DNA from: an uncultured delta proteobacterium
Lineage (GTDB): Bacteria; Myxococcota; Myxococcia; Myxococcales; Myxococcaceae
Assembly: GCA_963776345.1 (NCBI GenBank)
Contig: CAVZMH010000020.1
Span: forward strand, 1-64,000
Direction of reading: 5' to 3'
DNA: 64,000 nt
Shown here: in pieces, positions 48,453 to 59,655 of the stretch
Numbering within the stretch: position 1 is the first letter of the stretch
How the letters are laid out: the number at the start of each line of letters is the position of its first letter
Position numbers and translations under genes: made by a program
The notes under the pieces: generated by a model
The model's database searches: none
The model's input: only the letters and a program-made list of their open reading frames with translations
Told to the model about the DNA's origin: nothing

Positions 48453-48866
48453 GCGGGGCGCGAGGTCCGGGTAGGGCCCGCCCTGCATCGACTCGAGGCG
48501 CCACTGCCCGTCCCGGGCGACCCAGGTGGCCTTCGCCTCCTGGACCTGCTCCGACGCCGACGGCAAGCGGAGCCACCGCCAGCGGGCGGTCACCACGCTG
48601 CGCTCCCCGTCGGCGCTCGGCGTGACGTCGAGCAACTCGATGTCGGTGATGCTCAGGTCCGAGGCGTCGCGGGCGCGCGCGGCGAGGAACTCGCTCCGCC
48701 GCTCGGGGACCAGCAGCTGGGCCACGGCGGCGGACTCGCTCCAGCGGGCCTTCAGCTGGAAGTCCTCGTAAGTGCTCTTGAGTGCGCTCTGCGTGGCCCC
48801 CCCTTGGTGACATCCCACGACACCGAGGAGCAGGCAGGCGAGGAGGGGGCGCGTGGTAGCCTTCAT
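48447..48866 (-). CDS. Hypothetical lipoprotein (NTF2-like fold suspected)
   Basis: MKATTRPLLACLLLGVVGC lipobox, then ARW...ITDIEL...WRWLRLPS...W...W. Confidence 0.75.
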   Translation of the reverse strand: MKATTRPLLACLLLGVVGCHQGGATQSALKSTYEDFQLKARWSESAAVAQLLVPERRSEFLAARARDASDLSITDIELLDVTPSADGERSVVTARWRWLRLPSASEQVQEAKATWVARDGQWRLESMQGGPYPDLAPRK

Positions 48867-48878
48867 CGGCTGACAACG

Positions 48879-51800
48879 ATGCCCGAATCCCTGGTGGAGC
48901 GGTACGAGCAGCTCCTCGCCACCAATCCCACCTCCACCCTCTTCGTGGAGCTGGCTCGGGTGCTCGTCGAGCAGGGTGAGAACGCCCGCGCGGCCGAGGT
49001 GTGCCAGCAGGGGCTCGTTCACCATCCGGACAGCATCCACGGGTACGTGCTCTGGGGGAAGGCCCTCATCAGCCTGGGCCGCCCCGCCGAGGCGATGGAG
49101 CAGTTCGACCGGGCGGTGGCGGTCGACCGGTCCGACCCGCTCGCATACCACCTCATCTCGGAAGTCCTGGTGAGCAAGGGGCTGTACCGCTCGGCGCTGC
49201 CGCTGCTCCGCAAGGCGGTGGCCCTCTCGCCCGGGGACGACGAGGTGAAGACCTGGCTCGAGCAGACCCAAGGGGCGCTCGCCGGCGGCCCGGTCCCCAC
49301 CGTCCGGCCGGCGGTGCTGGACAACCCGCCCGAGCGGCCCCTTCGTCCGCGGGCCAACGGCAGCCCCACCGGGCGCAACGCCGCCGTCCGGTCCACCCGG
49401 ACCGGGAGCCTGCCGCCGCCGCCCCCGCCCGAGGCGCTGAGCGAGGCGGCAGGGGAAGACGCCGCTGCCCGAGCGAACGGGGTCGGGTTCCATCCCCGCG
49501 GCGGGCGACGGTCCGACGACGCCCGGTCCGAGCGATTACCCGGCGAGCGCCGTCGCCGCGAGCGAGGCCGGGCCGACCGGGGTGGAGACCGGGCCGCTCG
49601 CCGAGCCGAGCCTCCTGGCCGACGTGCCCGATGCCCCCGCGCCGACGGGCGCCATCCCCGCGGTGAAGCGGCCGCTCGCCACCGGCACCACCGAGGCCAT
49701 CGCCAAGGAGTACGAGAAGGCGCTCCGGGCCAAGGTGGCCGAGAAGGCACGAGACAGGAGCTGGATCCAGGTCCACGCCCTCAAGCTCGCCATCGCCACC
49801 GTGACGCTGGTGGCCCTGGTCGCGGGCGGGCTCGTGTACCGGCACACCCGGGCGGTCAACCAGGGCCGGAACCTGGCCGACGCGCTCGCCAGCGCGCGCA
49901 AGGCGCTGGCGCTGGACACGGCGGCGGGCGACCGGGCGGCGCTCGAGTCGCTGGCCCAGGCGCTCCGGATGGAGGAGGACAGCCCCGCGGCCTGGGACCT
50001 GACCGCCTACGCCCGCGCGGCGCTGGCGGACGAGCACGGCGGCACCGCGCAGGACCGCGCCCAGGCCGTGACCGCGCTCGGGCGCCCGAAGGCGGGCTCG
50101 AGCCACCCGGGCCTGGTCCTGGTGGCCCGGGCGATGGCCACGGAGGGCGCCGAGCGGGACGCCGCACGGAAGGCCATCCTCGAGTCGCCGCTGGACCTCT
50201 CCGAGGTGCACGACGCGGCGGGCCGGCTGCTCCTGGCCAAGGGCGACCCCAAGGCCGCGGTGCTCCACTTCAAGCGCGCGCTGGAGCTGAACGCGGGGAA
50301 CGTCCGGGCCCTGGTGGCGCTCGGCGACTACTACCGCGAGGCGGGCGACGACGCCGCCGCGCTCACCGTCTACTCCAGCGCCGAGCAGCTCTCGCCGGAC
50401 CACCCGGGCCGGGCGCTGGGCGAGGCCGAGAGCCGGCTCGCGCTGGAGCAGGACGTCACCCAGGCCCTGGCCGAGGTGGACAAGCTGGTGCCCGAGTCGC
50501 TCACCCCGGAGATGGCCGCCCGGCGCGCGCTGGACCGCGGGCGGCTGCTCTCGGCCAACGGGGCGCACGAGCAGGCGGTGAAGGTGCTCACCGAGGGCGC
50601 CTCCGGCGGGAAGCGGGCCTTCGACTTCCAGGTGGCGCTCGGCGACGCGCTCCGGGCGAGCGGTGACCTCACCGCGGCGCAGAAGGCGCTCGAGGCGGCG
50701 GTGAAGCAGAGGCCGAAGAGCGAGGAGGCGAAGGAGGCCCTGGGCCGGGTGCTGCTCGGGCGCGACCGCGAGCGCGAGCTCCTGCAGCGCTTCGCCGACG
50801 ACGCCGGTCGGCGGATGGCCCTCCTCCGGGGCGTCGCCTGGGGCCGGCTCCGAGATTGGAAGCGGGCGCGGGCCGAGCTGGCGAGGACCTCGGTCTCGGG
50901 GAAGTACCCCATCGAGGCGGTGGCCTGGCTCGCGCTGGCCGATGCGGCCGAGGGCGAGCCGGACAAGGCGCAGACGGTGCTCGAGCGCACCCTGGGGGCG
51001 GCGAAGCGGCCGAGGGCGGACGTGGCGGTGGCGCTGGGGAAGGTCTACTGGCAGCGCGGCATCCTGGACCGGGCCAAGGCCCAGTTCGAGGGCGCGAGCC
51101 GCGACCCGCGCGACTACGAGGGCGCGTGCGCCCTGGGCCGGCTGCTCTGGGTGTCGGGCTCCCCCGAGCGGGCGGTGGAGCCGCTCCAGCTCTCCATCCA
51201 GCGGAACCGGAGCCACGGCGAGAGCCGGCACGCGCTCGCCCGGGTGTACCTGGCGCTGGCCAAGCCGGCCGAGTCGCTGGCCCAGGCCGAGGCGTGGGCG
51301 GCGGAGAACCCCTCCAGCGCCGCCGCGCACAAGGACGTGGCGCTGGCCCTGGCGCAGGAGGGCAAGTGGAAGGAGTCCGAGACGGCGCTGAACCGCGCGC
51401 TGAAGCTCGACCCGCAGGACGCCGAGTCCCACCGGCTCCGGGCGAGCGTCCTCTTCGCCCGGGGCGACGGGCGCGGCGGCTTCGCGGCGCTGCAGAAGGC
51501 GAACACCCTCGCCCCGAAGGACAGCGAGGTGTTCTGCGCCATCGCACGGGCGTTCGTCCGGCAGGGCAATCTCCAGCAGGCGCAGAAGGCCTACCAGGCG
51601 GCGGTGCGCGAGGAGCCGGCCAGCGTGTGCGGCTTCGCGGGCGACGTGCTGCTCAAGCCGGCCGCGGGCAAGCCGCAGCTCTCGAAGCTCCAGGGCCTGT
51701 CGTCGGCGGCGCCGCGGGCGACGGATCGCGCCTGGGCAGCGGTCGCCGCGTCGCGGGTGGCGCTGGCGGCGGGCCGGGTGCAGGACGCCAAGCACAGCGC

Positions 51801-52107
51801 CGAGCTTGCGGTGGAGCTCCAGCCGTACCTCTCGGACGCGGCGCTCGCCCAGGGGCTGGTGCTCCGGAAGCTGCGCGACGAGACGAAGGCCCGCGAGCTC
51901 CTGGTCAAGGCGGTGCAGCTCGATCCCTCCGACGGGCCGGCCCGTCTGGCGCTCGCCGACGCGCTCGCCGCCGGGGGTGACACCGACGCTCGCCGGGCGT
52001 ACGAGGAATACGTGAACTTCACCCGCCTCGCCGCGAAGTCGCCGGACATGGCCCGGGTCAAGAAGCTGCTGCCGGCCCTCAAGAAGCGGGCGGCCCGGGC
52101 GCCGTGA
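48879..52107 (+). CDS. Large bitopic TPR protein (N-terminal TPRs, poly-Pro linker, TM, many TPRs); +1 frameshift near 49440-49455
   Basis: MPESLVERYEQLL...TPRs...LPPPPPPEAL in the first frame. It continues in the +1 frame into the 49582-52107 ORF with TM LAIATVTLVALVAGGLVY and further TPRs. Confidence 0.8.
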
Positions 52108-52457
52108 ACCCGCGGCGCTTCCTCCAGGTCGTCGCCGGGAATGCGCTGGCGCTCTCGGCGCTGTACCTCGGCATCGGGGTGGTGGTGGAGGCCCTCCGCG
52201 TCCAGGCTCCCTCGGCCGGGGTGATGCGGGTCTCGTACGCGCTGGACGCGCTGCCGGCACGGGTGCTGGAGCGGCTGGGGCTGCTGCTCCCGCTGCGCGA
52301 GGCCTACACCGACGGGCGCATCGGCGAGGCCGTGGTGCGGCTGGTGTTCGGGGCCACGGCGGTGGGATTCGTGTTCGTGCTGGCGCTGGGGCTCGCGGCG
52401 ATGACCTTGCTGGTGCGCGAGCTGGTGATCCGGCGGCGGCATCCCGTCGAACCCTGA
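52104..52457 (+). CDS. Small membrane protein
   Basis: Two hydrophobic segments, and a GTG start overlapping the upstream stop. Confidence 0.65.
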   Translation: MNPRRFLQVVAGNALALSALYLGIGVVVEALRVQAPSAGVMRVSYALDALPARVLERLGLLLPLREAYTDGRIGEAVVRLVFGATAVGFVFVLALGLAAMTLLVRELVIRRRHPVEP

Positions 52458-52590
52458 GCCGGGCCGAGCTGTGGCGAGCTGCGAGGTTCTGACGGGCGCG
52501 GGCGCGGCGCGGGTTCGAGCGGTGCCGATCTGTCCGACGCTGATCGGCCCCGAGCGGAGGCGGTTTCGAGGGCGTGCTCGCCCGGAGCCC

Positions 52591-52618
52591 GAAGTTGCTA
52601 TGTCCACGATTGCTCCGG
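52591..52618 (+). repeat. Third copy of the 26-bp intergenic repeat
   Basis: GAAGTTGCTATGTCCACGATTGCTCCGG, containing the same 26-mer as 13039-13064. Confidence 0.85.
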
Positions 52619-52873
52619 ACCTGCTCGCCTCGGGGGAGGCTTCCCCGGCGCGCAAGTCCGGCGTGGCTCGATCAGCCACACTCCCTGCCCCGGGCCGGCC
52701 GGGTGCTCGCGCGTGTTCGGTCCGGGCGCCCGCTGTCCGCGGCGCCGCTCTACGGCTGCCGCTCGTGCCGTTCGCCCGGAAGGCAGACCCCGTCAGGGTC
52801 TGGCGCCGCCTCGAAGGTGATCGCCCCGCAGTGACAGCGTCCGTCGATCCGCATTCTGTGTTCGCTCAGAGCC

Positions 52874-54886
52874 TCAGCCCGCGCTTCCGCCCTCGGCCTT
52901 CGGGGCGTGGTCGCGGGCGCCGCGGCAGATCTCCACCACCTTCGGGCCGAAGCGCTCCCAGCTCGTCGCCCCCGTCCCCTTCACCGCGAGGAAGTCCTCG
53001 CGGTTGAGCGGGAGCGCCGTGGCGAGCGCCTGCAGCGTCTTGTCGTTGAAGAGGATGAACGGCGGCAGGTCCAGGTCGCGCGAGAGGTCGCGGCGGAAGC
53101 GGCGCAGCGCCTCGGCGGCCTGGTCGTTCATCGGGCCCTCGGCGACGCGCTCCTTGGACTTGTAGATGCTCGACTTGGTGGTGGTCCGCGCCGGCGGAGG
53201 CTCGACCCGCGTCCGCGTGCCGGAGCAGACGTCACAGCCGTTGCACTCGAGGTCCCGGGTGTCCTCGCCGAAGTAGTTCAGGACGAAGGCCCGCCGGCAG
53301 GTCTTGGCGTAGGCGTAGTCCGTCATCCGGCGGAGGAGGAGCAGCGCCCGGCGCTCCTGGCGGCGCACCCTCTCCAGCGAGAGGTCGAGGGCGTGGAATG
53401 GCAACCGCTGCAGCGGCCGGATGGCTCGGCCGGCGAAGGGCTTCCGGACCGAGATGGCCTTCGCCCGCTCCAGCGCCGAGAGCGCCCGCCGCAGGTCCTT
53501 GTCCGGAAGCCCCACCCGGGCGCAGAGGGCCCGGAGCTGGATGGAGAGCGTGCCGTCGCCCGCCTCCGCCTGGAGCGCCTCGAGCAGCGCCTTCGCCGAC
53601 CGGGCGTGGACGTCCGCCTTCGGGTCCAGCACCCGGATGCCGTACGCACCGGCGCCCGGGGCCTGCATCTCCAGCAGGCCCTCGCGCTCGAGGATGCGCA
53701 GCGCGGCCGAGACCTCGAACTCGCTCGCCCCCACCGCGCTGGCCAGCGCCTCCTGCCCGCGGGCGAAGACCTCCGCCGTCTGGAGCACGTTCCACACGTC
53801 GGCGATGACCGCCTCGGAGGGGTGGTTGCTCTCGATGAGCCGCTCCTGGGTGAAGACGTCGGCGTGGTTGAAGAGGAGCAGCGCGTGGGCCGGTTTCCCG
53901 TCGCGTCCGGCCCGACCCACCTCCTGGTAGTAGGCCTCCACCGCGCGCGGGATGTTGGCGTGGATGACGAAGCGAATGTCCGGCTTGTCGATGCCCATCC
54001 CGAAGGCGTTGGTGGCCACCGCCACCGCCGACGGGTCTCCCATGAAGCGGTCCTGCGCCCGGTGCCGCTCCGCCTCGTCCATGCCCGCGTGGTACACGAC
54101 CGGGTCGTGCCCGCGGAGCCGGAGCGCGGCCTGCATCGCGTCCGCCTGCTTCCGGGTGGCGCAGTAGACGATGCCGCTCCCGCCCTCGGCGATGAGCCGG
54201 GCGCAGGCCGTGCGGCGCTCCTCGTCCCCCGAGATGCGCAGCACCTCGAGGAAGAGGTTGGGGCGGTCGAACCCGGCGACGAAGACCCGCGGGTCCTTCA
54301 TCAGGAGGCTCTTGACGATGTCCTCCCGGACCTCCGGGCTCGCGGTCGCGGTGAGAGCGACCGTCCTGGGCGGGCGAAGCCGCTTCCGGACCTGCCCCAG
54401 CAGCGCGTAGTCGGGCCGGAAGTCGTGCCCCCACTGGCTGATGCAGTGGGCCTCGTCGACGGCGAGGAGCTCGACGCCGACCTCGCCCAGCGCCTCGAGG
54501 AAGCTCGAGCTCCGGAAACGCTCGGGGGCCACGTAGACCAGCCGGTACGCCCCGGCGCGCATCTTCCGGATGCGCTCGGCGCGCTCGAGCTCGGGGACGG
54601 TGGAGTTGATGAGCGTCGCCGAGATGCCGCGGGCCTCCAGCTGCTCCACCTGGTCCTTCATCAGGGAGATGAGCGGGGAGACGACCAAGGTCAGGCCCTT
54701 CAGCATCACCGCCGGCAGCTGGTAGCAGAGGCTCTTCCCGGCGCCGGTGGGCATCAGCACCACCACGTTGCGTCCGGCGAGCACCGAGTCCACCACCTCG
54801 GCCTGGCCCGGCCGGAAGGCGGTGAGTCCAAACGATTTCTCGAGCTCCGCGCGCGCGTCGTCGTGGAACCGGAGCGGCTCCGTCAT
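52874..54886 (-). CDS. recQ: RecQ-family ATP-dependent DNA helicase with HRDC domain
   Basis: MPTGAGKSLCYQ, DEAHCISQWGHDFRP, TATA, ATNAFGMGIDK, QEVGRAGRDG, CRR...C-x2-CDVC and a C-terminal HRDC domain. Confidence 0.93.
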   Translation of the reverse strand: MTEPLRFHDDARAELEKSFGLTAFRPGQAEVVDSVLAGRNVVVLMPTGAGKSLCYQLPAVMLKGLTLVVSPLISLMKDQVEQLEARGISATLINSTVPELERAERIRKMRAGAYRLVYVAPERFRSSSFLEALGEVGVELLAVDEAHCISQWGHDFRPDYALLGQVRKRLRPPRTVALTATASPEVREDIVKSLLMKDPRVFVAGFDRPNLFLEVLRISGDEERRTACARLIAEGGSGIVYCATRKQADAMQAALRLRGHDPVVYHAGMDEAERHRAQDRFMGDPSAVAVATNAFGMGIDKPDIRFVIHANIPRAVEAYYQEVGRAGRDGKPAHALLLFNHADVFTQERLIESNHPSEAVIADVWNVLQTAEVFARGQEALASAVGASEFEVSAALRILEREGLLEMQAPGAGAYGIRVLDPKADVHARSAKALLEALQAEAGDGTLSIQLRALCARVGLPDKDLRRALSALERAKAISVRKPFAGRAIRPLQRLPFHALDLSLERVRRQERRALLLLRRMTDYAYAKTCRRAFVLNYFGEDTRDLECNGCDVCSGTRTRVEPPPARTTTKSSIYKSKERVAEGPMNDQAAEALRRFRRDLSRDLDLPPFILFNDKTLQALATALPLNREDFLAVKGTGATSWERFGPKVVEICRGARDHAPKAEGGSAG

Positions 54887-54897
54887 GCTCCGCATCT

Positions 54898-55623
54898 TCA
54901 CTGTTTGCCTCCAGCCGTCAACGCCTCTCCCGACACGGGCGGGAGCACGTGGAGGAGCCCGGCCCGGGCCAGCGAGACGTACCGCCCGGCTCCGACCACC
55001 AGGTGGTCGAGGACGCGGAGGTGGAAAATTCTGGCACCAGCCTGCAGCTCGCGGGTCAGAGCCAGGTCGGCCTCGGAGGGCTCGGGGTCTCCCGACGGAT
55101 GGTTGTGGGCGAAGATGACCGCGGTGGCCCGCGCGCCGAGCGCCGCCCGGAAGACCTCGCGGGGGTCCACGGTGCAGGCGTCCGTCGTCCCCTCCGCCAC
55201 CCGCGCGTCCGCCAGCAGCACGTTCCGGGTGTTGAACGACAGGACGTGGAACACCTCGCGCCGGAGCAGCGCGATGCGGGGCGCGAGGTAGCGGTACACC
55301 TCGCCGGCGGTGCGGAGCCGGGGCCGGCCGTCCGGGGCCAGGTGGGCGCGCCGGGCGAGCTCGAGCGCGGCCAGCACCTGCGCGGCGCGCTCGCGTCCGA
55401 GGCCCGCCGCGCTGCACAGCTCCGAGGGCTCCATGCTCGCCAGCGCCCGGAGCCCGCCCGCGGCGGCGAGCAGCGACTCGCCCAGGCCGCGCACGGTGCG
55501 GCTCTTGCCGCCGAAGAGCAGGCCGAGGAGCTCGGCGTCGTCCAGCGCCCCCGGCGCCCGGAGCAGACGCTCGCGCAGCGCCTGCACCGTTCCGTCCTCG
55601 GTCTCGGAAGCCCCCCGCTCCAC
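54898..55623 (-). CDS. radC: RadC / JAB-domain protein
   Basis: LRERLL...LDDAELL, HhH region, AHNHPSGDPEPSEAD and LDHLVV. Confidence 0.92.
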   Translation of the reverse strand: MERGASETEDGTVQALRERLLRAPGALDDAELLGLLFGGKSRTVRGLGESLLAAAGGLRALASMEPSELCSAAGLGRERAAQVLAALELARRAHLAPDGRPRLRTAGEVYRYLAPRIALLRREVFHVLSFNTRNVLLADARVAEGTTDACTVDPREVFRAALGARATAVIFAHNHPSGDPEPSEADLALTRELQAGARIFHLRVLDHLVVGAGRYVSLARAGLLHVLPPVSGEALTAGGKQ

Positions 55624-55710
55624 GGTCCCGGAAGGGGAGCAAGCGACGTGCCCGGGGCCCCCTGTGAACGAAGGTTCAGCGCGCCGTCCGGAGTGCCGGC
55701 CGCGAGGGTC

Positions 55711-56172
55711 CTAGAACTTGGACATCGCGAACAGCGCCTTCATCTTCTCGTTGGTATCGCGCAGGCGGGCGGAGAGCGTCCGCACCAGCGCCCAGAGCAC
55801 CGAGTACGCGAGCTCCTTGTCGGTGAAGAGGAGCTGGTCCAGCGGATCCCGGCCGATGCGGAGCAGGACCGCCTCTCCCTCGTGGGCGATGGCGTCCGCC
55901 GACCGCAGGCCCTCCTCGACCACCGCCATCTCGCCGAACGCTGCCCCGGGCTCGAGGATGGCCAGCGCCTCCTCACCCATCCCCGGGAGCTGCCGGGAGA
56001 TGCGGACCTTGCCCTCGACGACCACGTACATCGACGCGCCCGGCTCGCCCTCCCGGAAGACGTACTTCCCTCGGGAGACCCGCTCGGCCTCGCAGAGGGC
56101 GGCGAGCTTCTTGAGCTGGGCCTGGCTCAACCCTTCGAACAGCGGCACCCGCGCGAGCAGGTCAAGATTCAT
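55711..56172 (-). CDS. Stand-alone cyclic-nucleotide-binding domain protein
   Basis: VFREGEPG, FGEMA and RSADA. No HTH. Confidence 0.88.
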   Translation of the reverse strand: MNLDLLARVPLFEGLSQAQLKKLAALCEAERVSRGKYVFREGEPGASMYVVVEGKVRISRQLPGMGEEALAILEPGAAFGEMAVVEEGLRSADAIAHEGEAVLLRIGRDPLDQLLFTDKELAYSVLWALVRTLSARLRDTNEKMKALFAMSKF

Positions 56173-56207
56173 GGCATTCGTGCCACCCTCGTAGCACTCT
56201 TTCCGCC

Positions 56208-57170
56208 ATGGCCGACACCGTGCATGCCGTCACCATCATTGGCTCCGGGCCCGCGGGGTACACCGCCGCCATCTACGCTGCCCGGGCGAACCTCCACCCC
56301 GTCCTCTACGCCGGCGGCCCCGCGATGGACGAGCCTGCCAGGGTTCCGGGCGGTCAGCTGATGATCACCACCGATGTCGAGAACTACCCGGGGTTCCCCG
56401 AGGCCATCACCGGCCCGGAGCTGATGGAGCGGTTCAAGGCCCAGGCCGAGCGGTTCGGGACGGTCATCCACATGGAGAACGTCACCCAGGTGGACCTCTC
56501 GGCCCGGCCCTTCACCCTCCAGGACGAGAGCGGACGCACCCTGAAGACCCAGACGCTCATCATCGCCACCGGCGCCTCGGCGAAGTGGCTGAACGTGCCC
56601 GGCGAGGCCGAGTACACCAACCGCGGCGTCTCGGCCTGCGCCACCTGCGACGGCGCCTTCTTCAAGGGCGAGGAGGTCTTCGTGGTGGGCGGCGGGGACA
56701 CCGCGATGGAGGAGGCCACCTACCTCGCGAAGATCGTCAAGAAGGTGACCGTGCTGCACCGCCGTGACCAGTTCCGGGCCTCGAAGATCATGCAGCACCG
56801 GGTGCTCGGCAATCCGAAGATCTCGGTGGTCTGGAACACCGTGGTCGAGGAGGTCCTCGGCGACGGCAAGCGGATGACCGGCGCCCGGGTGAAGAACGTG
56901 AAGACGGGCGAGGTGATGACCCTGAGCGCTGGCGGGCTGTTCGTGGCGATCGGCCACCGGCCGACCACCGGGTTGTTCGAGGACTGCCTCGAGACCCACG
57001 AGACCGGCTACCTCAAGACCGTGCCCGGCAGCACCCGGACCAGCGTGGACGGCGTCTTCGCCTGTGGCGACGTGCAGGACTCGGTGTACCGGCAGGCGGT
57101 CACCGCTGCCGGAACCGGCTGCATGGCCGCCATCGAGGCCGAGCGCTTCCTGGTGGAGCACGGGGCGTGA
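56208..57170 (+). CDS. trxB: Thioredoxin-disulfide reductase
   Basis: [39 protein letters not shown] and GDVQD. Confidence 0.96.
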   Translation: MADTVHAVTIIGSGPAGYTAAIYAARANLHPVLYAGGPAMDEPARVPGGQLMITTDVENYPGFPEAITGPELMERFKAQAERFGTVIHMENVTQVDLSARPFTLQDESGRTLKTQTLIIATGASAKWLNVPGEAEYTNRGVSACATCDGAFFKGEEVFVVGGGDTAMEEATYLAKIVKKVTVLHRRDQFRASKIMQHRVLGNPKISVVWNTVVEEVLGDGKRMTGARVKNVKTGEVMTLSAGGLFVAIGHRPTTGLFEDCLETHETGYLKTVPGSTRTSVDGVFACGDVQDSVYRQAVTAAGTGCMAAIEAERFLVEHGA

Positions 57171-58351
57171 CTTCCCCCGGGAAGCCGGCCACCGTGGCCA
57201 TCCACGCCGGGAGCCGGCTCCCGGAGAGCAGCGCGGTTCCCATCACCCCGGCGGTCTACCCGGCGGCGGTGAGCTGGTTCGACTCGGCCGACGAGCTCGA
57301 CGCCGCGCTGGACGGCAAGGACTTCGTCTACACCCGCATCCGCGGCGAGAACTCGGTGCTGCTCGAGGAGGCGGTGGCCGCGCTCGAGGGCGCCGAGGCG
57401 GCGGCGGTCTTCGGCAGCGGCATGGCGGCGCTCCGGGCGGTCTTCGACGCTCAGGGCCTCGCCCCTGGCGACCGGGTCGTGCTGCCCCTCGACGGCTACG
57501 GCGCCACGCGGGCGCTGTTCAAGCGGCTGGCCGAGCAGCAGCGGGTCGAGCTGCATGCGCTGAAGCTCAGCGACGGGTCGGCGACCGAGCGCATCGCCGC
57601 CATCCGTCCGAAGCTGGTCCTCGCCGAGAGCATGACCAACCCGCTCCTCGCGGTTCCGGACCTCCCGGCCATCGCCCGGGCGGCGCACGGAGTGGGCGCG
57701 GCGTTCGTCGTCGACGGGACGTTCACCTCGCCGGTGCTCCAGCAGACGCTGACCCAGGGCGCGGACTACGCGCTGCACTCGACCACCAAGTGGATCAACG
57801 GGCACTCGGACGCGACCGGCGGCGTGGTCTCGGGGACGCGGGCGCGCATCGAGCCGCTCCGTGGCGCCCGGGTGCTCGAGGGTGCCCTGCTCGGTCCCTT
57901 CGAGTCCTGGCTCACGCTCCGTGGCCTCCGGACGCTCCCGGTCCGGATGGCGGCTCACTGCACGCACGCGCTGCACGTGGCCCGGCGGCTCCGCGAGAGC
58001 GGGCGCATCGCCCGGGTCGTCTACCCCGGGCTCCCGGACCATCCGGACCACGCGACCGCGCGCGGCCTGCTGAAGGGCGGGTTCGGCGGGATGGTGGCCT
58101 TCGAGATCGCCGGCGCGGGCCGGGCCGAGTCGTTCCGCTTCCTCGAGGCGCTGGAGCTCTGCCGCCCGGCGCCCTCGCTCGGCGACGTGACGACGCTGGT
58201 GATGCATGCGGCCAGCGCGAGCGCCCGGCGGCTCACGCCCCAGGAGCGCGCGGCGGCCGGAATCGGCGAGAACCTCATCCGCGTGTCGGTGGGACTCGAG
58301 GATCCGGACGACATCGCCGAGGACCTCCTCCAGGCGGTGGGCCGGCCATGA
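57167..58351 (+). CDS. PLP-dependent trans-sulfuration enzyme (Cys/Met metabolism family)
   Basis: [30 protein letters not shown] (PLP Lys), SLGDV and RVSVGLED. Confidence 0.9.
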   Translation: MTSPGKPATVAIHAGSRLPESSAVPITPAVYPAAVSWFDSADELDAALDGKDFVYTRIRGENSVLLEEAVAALEGAEAAAVFGSGMAALRAVFDAQGLAPGDRVVLPLDGYGATRALFKRLAEQQRVELHALKLSDGSATERIAAIRPKLVLAESMTNPLLAVPDLPAIARAAHGVGAAFVVDGTFTSPVLQQTLTQGADYALHSTTKWINGHSDATGGVVSGTRARIEPLRGARVLEGALLGPFESWLTLRGLRTLPVRMAAHCTHALHVARRLRESGRIARVVYPGLPDHPDHATARGLLKGGFGGMVAFEIAGAGRAESFRFLEALELCRPAPSLGDVTTLVMHAASASARRLTPQERAAAGIGENLIRVSVGLEDPDDIAEDLLQAVGRP

Positions 58352-58791
58352 AGATGGTGGACGTCGGCGGCAAGGAGCGCACCGAGCGCGTGGCGGTGGC
58401 CACGGCCCGGCTGCGGATGCAGCCCGAGACCGTCGCTCGCATCCGGGACGGCCGGGTGGAGAAGGGCGACGTGCTCGCCGCGGCCCGGCTCGCCGGGGTG
58501 ATGGCCACCAAGCGCACCCCGGACCTGATTCCCCTCTGTCATCCCATCGCCCTCACCGGGGTGACGGTCGAGGTCACCCTGGACGAGGAGGGCGCGCGCG
58601 TCCGGGCCGAGGTGAGGACGCTCGACCGCACCGGCGTGGAGATGGAGGCCCTGACCGCGGCGGCGACCGCGGCGCTGACCATCTACGACATGGTGAAGAG
58701 CGTGGACCGGGGGATGGTCATCGAGTCGGTGCAGCTGGAGCACAAGGCCGGCGGCCGCACCGGCACCTGGGACCGCGGCGCGGCAGGGTAG
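58348..58791 (+). CDS. moaC: Cyclic pyranopterin monophosphate synthase
   Basis: [27 protein letters not shown] and IYDMVKSVD. Confidence 0.95.
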   Translation: MKMVDVGGKERTERVAVATARLRMQPETVARIRDGRVEKGDVLAAARLAGVMATKRTPDLIPLCHPIALTGVTVEVTLDEEGARVRAEVRTLDRTGVEMEALTAAATAALTIYDMVKSVDRGMVIESVQLEHKAGGRTGTWDRGAAG

Positions 58792-58803
58792 GGCGCACGC
58801 TCG

Positions 58804-59565
58804 ATGTCCATCGCGCCGGTGGAGGTCGCCCTCGACGTCCTGCTCGGCGCGGGCATCGGCGTCCTGAGCGGCATCGTGGGCATCGGCGGCGGGCTGTTCA
58901 TCATCCCGCTGCTCGGGGTGGCGTTCGGCCTGACGCAGCAGCGAGCGCAGGGGACGGCGCTGGTGATGGTGGTGCCGAACGTGCTGCTCGGGCTGTGGCG
59001 GTACGCGCGCTACCGCGGCTTCGACCCCCGGGGGGCGCTGGTGCTCTCGCTCTCGGCGCCGGTGTTCACCTACCTCGGCGCCCGGATCGCCACCGCGGCG
59101 CCGTCGAGCACGCTGCGCATCGCCTTCGCCGGATTCATGCTGGCGCTGGCCGTCTTCTACGGGCTGCGGAGCCGCTCGGCCGAGCTCCGCATCGACCCCG
59201 AGGCCCGGCTGCCCGGGCGGCTGGCGGTGGCGCTCGGGGTGGTGGGCGGACTCGTCTCGGGGCTGTTCGGCGTGGGCGGCTCGCTGTTCGCGGTCCCGCT
59301 GATGACCACCCTCCGGGCGATGGGGCAGGCCACGGCGCAGGGGATGGGGCTGGCCCTGGTCGCGCCGGGGACGGTGGTGAACCTCTGGGTGTACGGGCGG
59401 GCCGGGAACGTGGACTGGGTCCGCGGGATCGCGCTCGCGGTGGGCGGCGTGGCGACGATGCCGGTCGGGGTGGCCATCGCCCACCGGCTCCCCGAGCGCG
59501 CGCTCCGCGCCATCTTCGGAGCGGTGGCGCTGGTCAGCGCGGTGGGGCTGTTCCTCCGTCGCTGA
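58804..59565 (+). CDS. TauE/SafE sulfite-exporter family permease
   Basis: Duplicated GIGGG / GVGGS motifs, AQGTAL and about 8 TMs. Confidence 0.88.
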   Translation: MSIAPVEVALDVLLGAGIGVLSGIVGIGGGLFIIPLLGVAFGLTQQRAQGTALVMVVPNVLLGLWRYARYRGFDPRGALVLSLSAPVFTYLGARIATAAPSSTLRIAFAGFMLALAVFYGLRSRSAELRIDPEARLPGRLAVALGVVGGLVSGLFGVGGSLFAVPLMTTLRAMGQATAQGMGLALVAPGTVVNLWVYGRAGNVDWVRGIALAVGGVATMPVGVAIAHRLPERALRAIFGAVALVSAVGLFLRR

Positions 59566-59655
59566 ACGAGGTCGGGCTCAGCTCAGCGCGAGGAGCGCGG
59601 CCAGGCTGGCCACAGCGCCACTGCCCGTGCCGTGGCCACGCCCCGGAGGATGGGG

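Noticed and set aside
54898..55623. radC as a marker of a mobile or anti-restriction element
   Set aside because: It is the full-length chromosomal type with an HhH region, coupled to recQ among housekeeping genes.
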